Source: Haplodiscus bocki
Taxonomy: Eukaryota
DNA length: 64,000 nucleotides
NCBI GenBank assembly: GCA_965655095.1
Contig: OZ296649.1
Location: forward strand, 103,974,001-104,038,000
Reading direction: 5' to 3'
The notes beneath the pieces were generated by a model. The model had not been told where the DNA came from and searched no databases. It worked only from the letters and a program-made list of their open reading frames with translations. This document shows, one piece after another, positions 1 to 8,266 of this stretch. A program made the position numbers and the translations under genes. How positions within the stretch are numbered: the first letter of the stretch is position 1; each line of letters starts with the position of its first letter.

Positions 1-22
1 CTTTTCGGATTAACGAAGGCAT
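1..22 (-). CDS. First codons of the protein-primed DNA polymerase B ORF of copy A (runs off the window)
   Basis: Reverse complement of 1-22 reads ATG CCT TCG TTA ATC CGA AAA = MPSLIRK, identical to the start of the copy B pPolB pseudogene at 27814 (MPSLIRKE). Confidence 0.85.
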
Positions 23-130
23 TCCAATATTAGAAGTTTGACAAATTAGTCTGAAATAAACGTGAAGATTGAAGCAACTTGACTGTAGCAATGCAATTGA
101 AACAATGGCAAAAAAATTACAGCAATTTTT

Positions 131-790
131 TTTATATTATATTCGCCAATTACGGAAAATTCCATAAAAGGAAAGACCAACCATAAAAGGTAAGACTAAC
201 CATAAAAGGAAATACCGCAAGAGCTGTCAATCATTCTCTTTCATCTTGAAAGCCGTACATATAACAAAGAATATCTAAATAAAGTGATGATACCGCTTGT
301 CTGTGAAAACCTTTTATGCGGAGCAAGTTCCCCTAATATGGTGACAGATTGTCTGAGAAAATTATTCAAGTGGGTTTACAATTCCAGACAGCTTGTCTGA
401 GCAAACTACTCAAGTGGAACAAATTCCCTCGATAAGGTAACTGCTTGTCTGATAAAATAACTCAAGTGGAACAATTTCCCCTGATAAGTAGACTGACTGT
501 CTGAATTATTTACTGAATTGGATCATTTTCCACGGCTACAGAGACAGCTTGTCTGAGAATTTTAATTTGATTATCTTGTTTATTCAGGTCTCAACTGTCA
601 ATCAAAAAAGACGTCCATATAAGGAACAAATATTGAATTTTGCGCAGAATGTGTAGTGTAGTGGTTAAAAGCTTCCGATTTGGGCAATTTTCAACATAAG
701 TCCTTGTAGTGAACCAATCAAACCTTTTAACCACTAAACCAAGGGTTCATATCTAACTATCTAAGGAGAAATAGTTGAATCTGATTGGTT
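131..790. promoter_or_regulatory. Divergent pPolB/accessory-gene promoter with five CArG boxes, CCAAT and TATA-like elements
   Basis: Perfect CC(A/T)6GG at 162-171, 181-190, 200-209 (three 19-bp tandem units), 332-341 and 615-624. CCAAT at 146-150 and ~714, ATTGG at ~784. TATA-like run at 131-142 oriented toward pPolB. Confidence 0.7.
295..565 (+). repeat. Degenerate ~52-bp tandem repeat (about 6 units, core GACAGCTTGTCTGAGAAAA...CAAGTGGAACAA)
   Basis: Recurrent (g)cttgtctga core. Inverted homolog in copy B at ~27370-27540 and an orphan copy at ~61710-61870. Confidence 0.8.
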
Positions 791-889
791 AAAATTATTA
801 CTATCATTGAAATTCGAAATCCGCATTAATTTCTACCACTAAACCTCCGATATTTTCATTTTGCAGAATTTACTGACTAAAGAAAGTTG

Positions 890-1516
890 ATGTGTGTCAA
901 AAAGCAAATTCCAAGTTTGTGCAAACTTTATTCATTTTACGAAGAAATACCAGAGGCGTTTTTGGACGGAACTGACGTAGATAGTTATTTTTACCACAAC
1001 ATTTTTGACATTTCCCAGTCCCAGCATCGAATAGTGCGAGTTAGCAGAGGCTCCAACAAAAAATCAATTGCAATCAAGTTGTTCCAGTTTTGCGATTTCA
1101 AGACACAGCAACGTTATATCCTCCAGGAAGAAGTGAATGTCTCCAAAAGAGGACTCACTTGCTTGGTCGACAATCTGCGCGATTTTCTCAAAACTTTTGA
1201 TCAGGCTAGCAAGTGCATACAGATTCCCCTACGGAGGCCCAAAGTTGAGATTGGATCTACAAAGTCAAAAGACAATCTCTTTGTTCATCAATATAACGAT
1301 AGCATTGAACATCCAAATAGACAAATTCGTTTATCATTCCGATTTGGAAACAACATTTCTTGTGTATTCTCCCTCAAAAAGTTTGAACTACACGGCAATC
1401 AATTTATTCTTACAGAAATTGTCAACCTTAACCATCGTGCAATTCACCTTCTCTACAAGAACCGATATTACGTTGCAAACAAGTGTGAAATAATTGAGAG
1501 CAATTACAATTTGTAG
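890..1516 (+). CDS. Accessory protein with two putative PC4/PUR-like ssDNA-binding repeats
   Basis: Intact ORF (ATG at 890) with two beta-rich-then-helix units (HRIVRVS...IAIKLFQF...VNVSKRGLTCLVDNL; RQIRLSF...FSLKKFE...VNLNHRAIHLL). Decayed homolog at 26415-27021. Fold is inferred. Confidence 0.6.
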   Translation: MCVKKQIPSLCKLYSFYEEIPEAFLDGTDVDSYFYHNIFDISQSQHRIVRVSRGSNKKSIAIKLFQFCDFKTQQRYILQEEVNVSKRGLTCLVDNLRDFLKTFDQASKCIQIPLRRPKVEIGSTKSKDNLFVHQYNDSIEHPNRQIRLSFRFGNNISCVFSLKKFELHGNQFILTEIVNLNHRAIHLLYKNRYYVANKCEIIESNYNL

Positions 1517-2412
1517 CGCATTCACCCCTGATTGTGGGTACAACAAGAGCACAATTATTCTCATTGGGGACGTTTATTGTCCAAATACAAAGTGTTCAGG
1601 TAGACTTTGCCTGCACAAAAAGACTTTTCAATCACCTGGCAGAAGCGATTATCAATGTCCGCAATGTGGGTCTGTGTGCCAGGTGCGCAATATTCCTTTT
1701 GAAGATCAGAGAAATTCCTTTTTCTTGTCGCTTGGTCAAGGGGTTTATATTTTTGAAGAGAACCCAAAATCAGTTCAAGATGTCGTTGGAGATGTCTATT
1801 GTCCTGGGAAGTATTGTCTCAACAGAGAGACATGCGAATTTGTTGGTGGTTATGTAACAACTCCGAGATCCATTTATGGTTGTGGAAAGTGTGGTGCTTG
1901 GTTGTTTGTTCACAAAGCTCCTTTTGCATTACAAGAGCACGTAAAGACAACAAAAACAGACAAAACACGTTTTTTCTTTGCCAGAAAAAGATGGACTTGG
2001 TACCCAACAAACAACTATTACTTAATGTTCCATTTCAATCAACCAAATATAGAAAGAAAGAGTTGTGTGTGGACAACAAAGTACGAGAGACTATCGGAGA
2101 TGTGTATTGTCCAACATGTAGAAATGAAAAGTGTGTTTACATTTCTACATTTCAACGAATAAAACGACTAGTTTTTACGACTGTAAAAAGTGCAAAGCCT
2201 GCTGCAACGTTTTGAATATTCCTTTTAAGGACCAAAAACCGACAATTATCTTGTTTGGTGGTGACGGTACCTATTGTTTTGCAAGAAAAACGAGTCGCGA
2301 CTACGAAAAAGAAAAACCATCTGCATTTTTGAAGAAATTTCTTCGCCAATCAAAATCAAGCACATCCGAACCTGAACCAAATAAGGTTAAAATGACTCCA
2401 AATATGGAATAA
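1494..2412 (+). pseudogene. Cys-rich zinc-ribbon repeat protein (three GDVYCP...CxxC...N/KxPF units), frameshifted
   Basis: IGDVYCP, VGDVYCP and IGDVYCP units are spread over the ORFs starting at 1494, 1799 and 2131, implying two frameshifts. Shorter homolog in copy B at ~25830-26420. Confidence 0.7.
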
Positions 2413-2432
2413 ACGTACCCGTTTCCTATTGG
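2346..2432 (+). promoter_or_regulatory. Putative promoter for the acidic-protein and EGF genes: two CArG boxes between CCAAT boxes
   Basis: CCAAATAAGG 2377-2386, CCAAATATGG 2398-2407, CCAAT 2346, ATTGG ~2428. Decayed counterpart CCATATGTGG at ~25823 in copy B. Confidence 0.6.
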
Positions 2433-2533
2433 CTGATGATTTGAGCGGCATATTCATTTTTCAAATCAATTTATTCAATTTCAATCTACAGTCAACCGCT
2501 CAAATTTAATCAGCGATATTACACAAAATCATC

Positions 2534-3117
2534 ATGATCTTCTCAGTTTCCAGCGACGGAATCCAGTGGACTCTCAATTCTGGTCCCGACTCTGTTACTA
2601 TTGCAGTATTCGATCTCGACCAAACTATCACAATCAGCTCACAAAAATACCCCTAGCTGCCTGGCAATTGCTGTTGTCTCAAAGGCAAGATTTCTCGAAT
2701 AATCATCTGTCACGAGTCCCAATCACTAAGAACCAAGAGGGAACAATGGATATGAGAGACGAAGTACTCTCCAGTGTGGGGGCTCGAGACCTGGACACTG
2801 GCAGCTATCAAGTCTCCGATCTCGAAGACATAGAAATCAACAGGGAAAATCTACAAACGGACATGGACGCGGTGTTCAGACCAGGCATAGACACCCCCTT
2901 TTCTCCAACAACATTTGAGGATTTATTGATGGGCGAGGGATCAGTTGAAAACCCCATTGTGTTGGATGATGAGAAAGACAAGGAGAATGCTCCTCCTCCT
3001 CCAACAACACACGAGTCTGTCAGACCCACCGAACCTCCCATGTTGCAGAGAAAACGAGCTTTTGGAGCACGAACGGAAAATGTACCCGATTATGTTTTTA
3101 GAAAATTGTTTCACTAA
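2534..3117 (+). pseudogene. Acidic, largely disordered accessory protein with KEN-like, SIM-like and RxL-like motifs (one frameshift near 2640)
   Basis: ATG 2534 gives MIFSVSSDGIQW, matching copy B MNFAVSNEGIQW. It shifts into the 2566 frame, which carries PIVLDD, DKENAPP and C-terminal RKLF. Confidence 0.65.
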
Positions 3118-3192
3118 GTATTACTGTGTTTGTGTTTTGATATAATTAACGTGTTTCATTTTATCATAACCTTTTTCAAAAACTAGTCAGAC

Positions 3193-3456
3193 ATGTGTGA
3201 GATAAAAGCAGTTGTAGTATCGTTCTCAATAAATTTACTAGTAGCAGCAAGTTTCTGCATATATCAAGCCCAAACTGAGAATAGAGTGGGACACCATAGC
3301 AAAATCAAAAGTCAAGGTCCTTGCGAAAACGAGTACAAGAAGTATTGTTTGAACGGTGGTGAGTGCTATTATCTAGTTGACGAAGATAATGTAGGCTGTT
3401 ACTGTAAACGGTTATATGGAGGAAAACGATGTGAAAAGTACATGTGGTGGGACTAG
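3193..3456 (+). CDS. Secreted EGF/TGF-alpha-like growth factor
   Basis: Hydrophobic N-terminal signal segment followed by a six-Cys EGF domain CENEYKKYCLNGGECYYLVDEDNVGCYCKRLYGGKRCE with EGFR-ligand spacing and the YxGxRC motif. Intact 87 aa. Confidence 0.92.
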   Translation: MCEIKAVVVSFSINLLVAASFCIYQAQTENRVGHHSKIKSQGPCENEYKKYCLNGGECYYLVDEDNVGCYCKRLYGGKRCEKYMWWD

Positions 3457-3494
3457 GTTAGAATTTAATATTCAAAAAGATGAAAAATTTTTAA

Positions 3495-3915
3495 TTTAAA
3501 ATCTAACACGTTGTAGAATTTTTCATTCAAAATCTGACGCGTTGTAAACTTTTTTTATCAAAATCTGACGCGTTGTAAAAATTTTGCTTAAAAATCTGAC
3601 GCGATGTATTTTTTCAATTGGAAATCTGACACGTAATGAAATCTTCAATTCAAAATCATGCTTCTTAAAAAAGCACAAAAAATGCAAAATATGTCGTTTT
3701 CACGGAGTAAAATGAACCGAAACGTGATTTTTGAGTGCAAACAATTTTTCGAATTCTGACAACACGAAAAAATTTTACTTCAAAATCTAACGCGTTGTAT
3801 TTTTTTTCAATCCAAAATCGGACGCGTTGTAAAACTTTTAAATCAAAATCTGATCCGTTGTATATTTTTTATTTTAAAATCTGACACGTTGTTTAAGTTT
3901 TTATCCGAAATCTGC
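3495..3915 (+). repeat. ~30-bp tandem repeat array (AAAATCTGACGCGTTGTAAAATTTT)
   Basis: About 10 degenerate units in two blocks around a unique spacer (~3660-3745). Inverted homolog at ~24340-24780. Confidence 0.9.
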
Positions 3916-3977
3916 TTTTCAAAGGGTATTTTCAGATTCTCGCTGATTTATTATCAAACTGCTACCAACATCAAAGA

Positions 3978-4175
3978 ATGACTTGTGGGATACTGACCGC
4001 TTGGTGTAAAAGATTTTTTTACGAGTGTGTGATATGTGTTTGTCTCACTTTTGCTACTATCTTTTTCTTTATTGCCTTCTTTATGGGGCTTGGGTTCTTG
4101 ATGGGTGTGATGACTATATCATTTGCGCTACCCATTGATTTATTCAAATCTCTTTGGCTTTCAGAAAATGGTTAG
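3978..4175 (+). CDS. Small hydrophobic membrane protein (1-2 TM)
   Basis: 65 aa, long hydrophobic stretch; positional homolog at 24094-24303 on the minus strand in copy B. Confidence 0.6.
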   Translation: MTCGILTAWCKRFFYECVICVCLTFATIFFFIAFFMGLGFLMGVMTISFALPIDLFKSLWLSENG

Positions 4176-4770
4176 TGTACAAAGATTTTAATTTAAAAGA
4201 CACTAAATTACTAGTATAATTACCATGACCATCTAGAAAACAATATACAATTTTTATCAGTTCTAATTCAAATTTTGTCTTTTTAACTTGTTCAATTCTG
4301 TCTGCAAACACGTATCCACTAGTTTGCGTCGATTTAGTCTTTCGGAAGGAGCTCAACAAATGTTTTTTGTACTTTTTCCTCAAGAGTCTCTTTTTCGCGA
4401 TGCTCGGCATTCTCTCCACTCGTCTGTTTTGCTGGTTGAAATGAACTGCCTTCTGCAAATAATCAAAGAGCTGTCCACTCTTGATAACAATTTTGCCATT
4501 GAAGCGGTACTTGAAAAGCGTAAACAGACAGTCCACGTGTTGGTAGTTGAAACAGAATGCATCCAGTTTCTGTAGCAACTCTTTAATGTTGCCTATTAGA
4601 ATAATGTGATATCTGCAATTGGGTAGGAAACACATCTTGTCATCGTGGCCAGCAATACAGTATTCTTTACTCACAATAAACTTTTCATAAGTGTTTGCAG
4701 AAATAAAGAGGCTGTTTTTTGAATAATTTGTATAAAAGCCAGGAATCACTTGTAACATTACAGCTGCCAT
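4144..4770 (-). CDS. Conserved accessory protein of unknown function (weak HUH-like motifs)
   Basis: Intact from MAAVMLQ (ATG 4770); homolog MAAVIIQ... at 23521 in copy B; basic NLS-like KKRLLRKKYKK. Confidence 0.75.
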   Translation of the reverse strand: MAAVMLQVIPGFYTNYSKNSLFISANTYEKFIVSKEYCIAGHDDKMCFLPNCRYHIILIGNIKELLQKLDAFCFNYQHVDCLFTLFKYRFNGKIVIKSGQLFDYLQKAVHFNQQNRRVERMPSIAKKRLLRKKYKKHLLSSFRKTKSTQTSGYVFADRIEQVKKTKFELELIKIVYCFLDGHGNYTSNLVSFKLKSLYTNHFLKAKEI

Positions 4771-4849
4771 CCGCTGAAGCACCTTTCTGTTGCGTCGTTT
4801 TCTGAACAAATGAATCTGAAAAACAAGATACTTTTACTTTTTGTACAAA

Positions 4850-5000
4850 CCTACCAAAAAAGGAAACAGGTTCCATATATGGAAATATCAAGTGACAATG
4901 CCCAAAAAAGGAAAGAATCTCCTTGTTTGGACCAGTCACGTGACAAGGATCAAAAGAGATACGGATATAAGTAACGAAATGCAGCTCAAAATCATTCTTT
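4850..5000. promoter_or_regulatory. Divergent promoter with three CArG boxes, a GTCACGTGAC E-box and TATA/Inr
   Basis: CCAAAAAAGG 4854-4863, CCATATATGG 4873-4882, CCAAAAAAGG 4902-4911, near-CArG 4921-4930, GTCACGTGAC 4935-4944, TATAA 4966-4970, TCATT ~4992. Copy B keeps CCTTTTTTGG (23411-23420) and GTCACGTGA sites. Confidence 0.7.
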
Positions 5001-5054
5001 AACTTTCATTCACCAAAGTAACTTTCAGTTACCACCATTCTATCTCGTTCACCC

Positions 5055-5633
5055 ATGGCTTACAACACTACTGCTTCCTTGGACAAGCTAACTTGTACCG
5101 ACTATGTGGACTTTGGCAAATGTCAAGACAGATTTGGACGATTTTCTTGGTCCAAAAACGATTCCAACTACCTGGATGTAAAACTCAAAATATTCAGGAA
5201 AGATGACAAGAAAGAATTCCAACTGGTCCAAAAGCTTACAATAGGAGAAGCAGATTTCAACCAGTTTATGAGATTGAGGAATCAGCTGGTCAATGCAGCA
5301 GAAAACTTTGCTAGAGAGGAAAATTTGACCCCAGTGCTGATACCTACAATGTCCAGAGACATGGATGAACAACTCAAACTGGCTCACAAGGTAGTTGACG
5401 TAGTGTACCGAACAAACAGAAAGATTTGTGTGACTCTGCTGCGGTACAATGTGGACAAGCCTGAGAGTTCTTATGCTCAGGTCCGATTATTTGCAAGGAA
5501 GAAGGAGGATGAGAAATTTCAACAAGTTGTCTATGTGAATTATAAACTTGAAGATTTTATCTATTTACTTGATGTAATGAATTCTGTATATGATAAAGTC
5601 ATTACTAATCAACCCATTTGTAATGTTTTATAA
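5055..5633 (+). CDS. Tandem PC4/PUR-like DNA-binding protein
   Basis: Intact 192 aa with two repeats (YLDVKLKIFRK...LTIGEADFNQF; YAQVRLFARK...VNYKLEDFIYL). Homolog at ~22650-23225. Confidence 0.7.
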   Translation: MAYNTTASLDKLTCTDYVDFGKCQDRFGRFSWSKNDSNYLDVKLKIFRKDDKKEFQLVQKLTIGEADFNQFMRLRNQLVNAAENFAREENLTPVLIPTMSRDMDEQLKLAHKVVDVVYRTNRKICVTLLRYNVDKPESSYAQVRLFARKKEDEKFQQVVYVNYKLEDFIYLLDVMNSVYDKVITNQPICNVL

Positions 5634-5685
5634 AAACTAATTTCATCTGTTTACTCTTTATCATCATTTTTCTAATCGAGTCAAG

Positions 5686-6105
5686 ATGAGTTGGAACATT
5701 GGAGATAATAGAAACCTCTTTCTCAAGTTAAAATTAAATTTGGGACTTTATCTTGTTGTACTTACAACTCCAAAAACTTCTCCCAAAAAACTTACACTAA
5801 CTGTAGTTGAAATGCAACAATTGCCAGACATTGAAAAGACTGATTCCAAAGAAGAAATATCATGCCTAAACTCGACAAAATATAATGGTAGGAGAAAAGT
5901 ATGTGTGAACTTCCAGACGGATACAGACAAGTTGAATATTGTCGTGTACCGTTACCGAAACAATTTATACCTCAAAGATAATGAACTTGATGTGAAATTG
6001 TCAGAATACCACTCACTTCTGGCAAAACGAGTCTATTTCTTGAGCTACATTGACATATTCTACAAGCGGTGCATTGTACTGGATGAAACAACTGTTCATA
6101 ATTGA
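5686..6105 (+). CDS. PC4-like accessory protein
   Basis: Intact 139 aa, RKVCVNF...LNIVVYRY...LDVKLSEYHSLL pattern. Homolog at ~22185-22600. Confidence 0.55.
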   Translation: MSWNIGDNRNLFLKLKLNLGLYLVVLTTPKTSPKKLTLTVVEMQQLPDIEKTDSKEEISCLNSTKYNGRRKVCVNFQTDTDKLNIVVYRYRNNLYLKDNELDVKLSEYHSLLAKRVYFLSYIDIFYKRCIVLDETTVHN

Positions 6106-6122
6106 AACAAACTCTGTCAAGA

Positions 6123-6527
6123 ATGGATGTTCGCTTTCTAATGAGCATTTTTCGATTGTACCCGGGATTGAAATCGTCATTTGCCCACAATATTGTTCGC
6201 AAAAACTTTTTCCTAAGTGCATGTTTCTGTTGGGATTCAAGACTTTCTCTAGGTGAGATGGACCAAAAATTTAAATTTGGTGGAACCATTGGTTATGGGA
6301 ACTCGTACTTGGAATTATTATTTCGTCATTTCAAAATTTTTAGACTACACGCAATATTACATGATGCGGCTGGAGCAGTGCGGGCACATAGTGGTAAAGG
6401 ACCTGGTTACTGTTACATGACTGGACGAGGACCAAATTCATGTTTGCTTGGTCACGTGACTGGATTACTCTTTTGCATTTACGTAAAAATCTTTCTGCCC
6501 TCCATTTTCAATTCAGTTGATTTTTGA
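6123..6527 (+). CDS. Putative phospholipase A2-like protein (parvovirus-type motif variant)
   Basis: GGTIGYGNS...HAILHDAA resembles the YLGPGN...AAxxHD loop and catalytic dyad at similar spacing; GYGN and LHDAA are retained in copy B (~21950-22050). Confidence 0.5.
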   Translation: MDVRFLMSIFRLYPGLKSSFAHNIVRKNFFLSACFCWDSRLSLGEMDQKFKFGGTIGYGNSYLELLFRHFKIFRLHAILHDAAGAVRAHSGKGPGYCYMTGRGPNSCLLGHVTGLLFCIYVKIFLPSIFNSVDF

Positions 6528-6533
6528 AACAGT

Positions 6534-6990
6534 ATGTCTTTCATTGTACTAGATATTGAGCTAACTGAGAAAAACATAATTAAAGAACTGGGACTTTATA
6601 TTGATGGTTCTGTACAAGGATTTTCATTTTGTCCACCAAAGTCTTTTAAACCTAATAAACAGACGACATGGAACACAAGTCATCTACATGGAATTGCGTG
6701 GATTAGTGGAAAGTTGGATTATGGGAGGCTGTTTGCTGTCTTTTACGACATAAAAGTAATGAATGCAGAAGTGTTTGCTAAGGTGCTCGAGAAGTGTAGA
6801 CTTTTGACCAATCTTCTTGGACGAAATGTAGAAAATTTGGATGACTATGGTTGCCCGAGAATCCAAGATCTTGTCAAAACGGACAGTTCGTGGATCTGAT
6901 CTATTTACCCTTTCCTACACAAAACAAGGCTTCACTGTGCCGAGAGGAAAGCGAAGGTGTATGGAGACTGGGCTATGAAATCTTGTAAAT
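6534..6990 (+). pseudogene. DEDD-family 3'-5' exonuclease-like protein (premature stop at 6897-6899)
   Basis: FIVLDIE...IIKELG...HLHGIAW motifs. Reading through the TGA gives ...LHCAERKA, and copy B has Cys at the stop position (WICSSYP). Confidence 0.75.
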
Positions 6991-7089
6991 CTTGTACGTG
7001 TTTATTGTATTTGTCATTACTACTAACTTAATTCTTTCAACTCGACATGATTTCTTTATTCATTTTGAGAAATTGAGCTTACGAAACAG

Positions 7090-7350
7090 ATGACTGATCA
7101 AGAAGATAATATTAATCTAGGTAAAATTGTCTTTGAAGACAACAATCAAGAGAGAAAATCTTGCACCTGTTTGGGACAAACCTGTTCCAGATCTCTAATT
7201 GTGTTTCTGTCCCAACTTTTTCTCATTTTGTTAATCATCTTTGGTTGCTTTTGGAGAATTCACCTTTCAAAAACTTGTGACGAATCAACTGTTTGGGTTG
7301 GAATTTTGTGCAGTGCGGCAGGATACATTTTACTCTCGCCAAGATTATGA
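7090..7350 (+). CDS. Small two-TM viral membrane protein upstream of the ATPase
   Basis: Two hydrophobic helices, C-terminal SPRL; stop overlaps the ATPase ATG (ATGA at 7347-7350). Confidence 0.75.
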   Translation: MTDQEDNINLGKIVFEDNNQERKSCTCLGQTCSRSLIVFLSQLFLILLIIFGCFWRIHLSKTCDESTVWVGILCSAAGYILLSPRL

Positions 7351-8266
7351 ACAAGTTAATTTCTACAAAAAATCGAGTCTTTATTTCATTGGTCGGTCCT
7401 TCAGAGACTGGAAAATTGCAGCGTATTTACAATTGGCTAAAAATTGGAACATTTCAAGCAAAGTTTGACAAAATTTACTTTTTTATCAACATTCCCAACC
7501 TCTTTACGATGTTATGCAAAAGGAAATTGAAAGTCTCGAATTTGTTCGTGGAGTAAACTTTGAATTTATTGATTCGTTAAAAAATAACGGTACAAATTAT
7601 TTGTTAATTTTTGACGACTCCTGTGAAGAGATTTGCAATTCAAAGGCTTTTGATCACATTGCCACCGCTGGGAGACATCGGGGTCTGAGCACAATCTACA
7701 TTAAGCACAACCTTTTTCACCAGAGCAAACTAGGAAGAGACGTTGAGTTACAAAACACTCACATTGTTCTCTTCAAGTCTCCCTGTGACGTAATGCAAGC
7801 AACTACCCTTAGCACACAGTTGGATCTTGGTTCAGAACTAGTTGACTGGTATCAAGATACAACGTCTGTTCCCTTTGGTCATTTGTTTATTGATTTGTCA
7901 CCACGTACAGACGATCGATTACGTTACTGTACAAACACCGGATCCGTTCACTCAAAATTTTATATCCCGGAACGACTGAAACAGTCAAAATGTTTGGACA
8001 ATGAACACACAAAATCTCTCTACTCTCCAAGTGTTCCAATCATTTTCCCACAAATGCAAAAGTCTTTTCCTTCAGTCATGCCCAAAAGAGTTTATCCGGT
8101 TTCTCTGCGAATGCATAATAAATCTGCTCAAAGGAAACGTGCAAAGCATAAAAAGACATCACGTGGTAAAATTTCAAAGCGAGGTTCGACTACTGTCTCT
8201 AAAACGTACAACCTGGAAGCAAAGAAGGGACATTCTGGCGTCCGAAAGAGGATTACAGCTCATTAA
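7347..8266 (+). pseudogene. A32/FtsK-like genome packaging ATPase (frameshift near 7485)
   Basis: Walker A GPSETGK, Walker B LLIFDD, GRHRGLS and QN motifs split over two frames. Confidence 0.9.

Noticed and set aside
321-330. p53-type half-site GAGCAAGTTC in the promoter repeat
   Set aside because: Single half-site without a properly spaced partner, and not conserved in the other repeat units.
4685-4939. ORF 4685-4939 and the N-terminal extension of 23376-23999
   Set aside because: They run through the promoter region; comparing both copies places the real start at MAAV (4770 and 23521).
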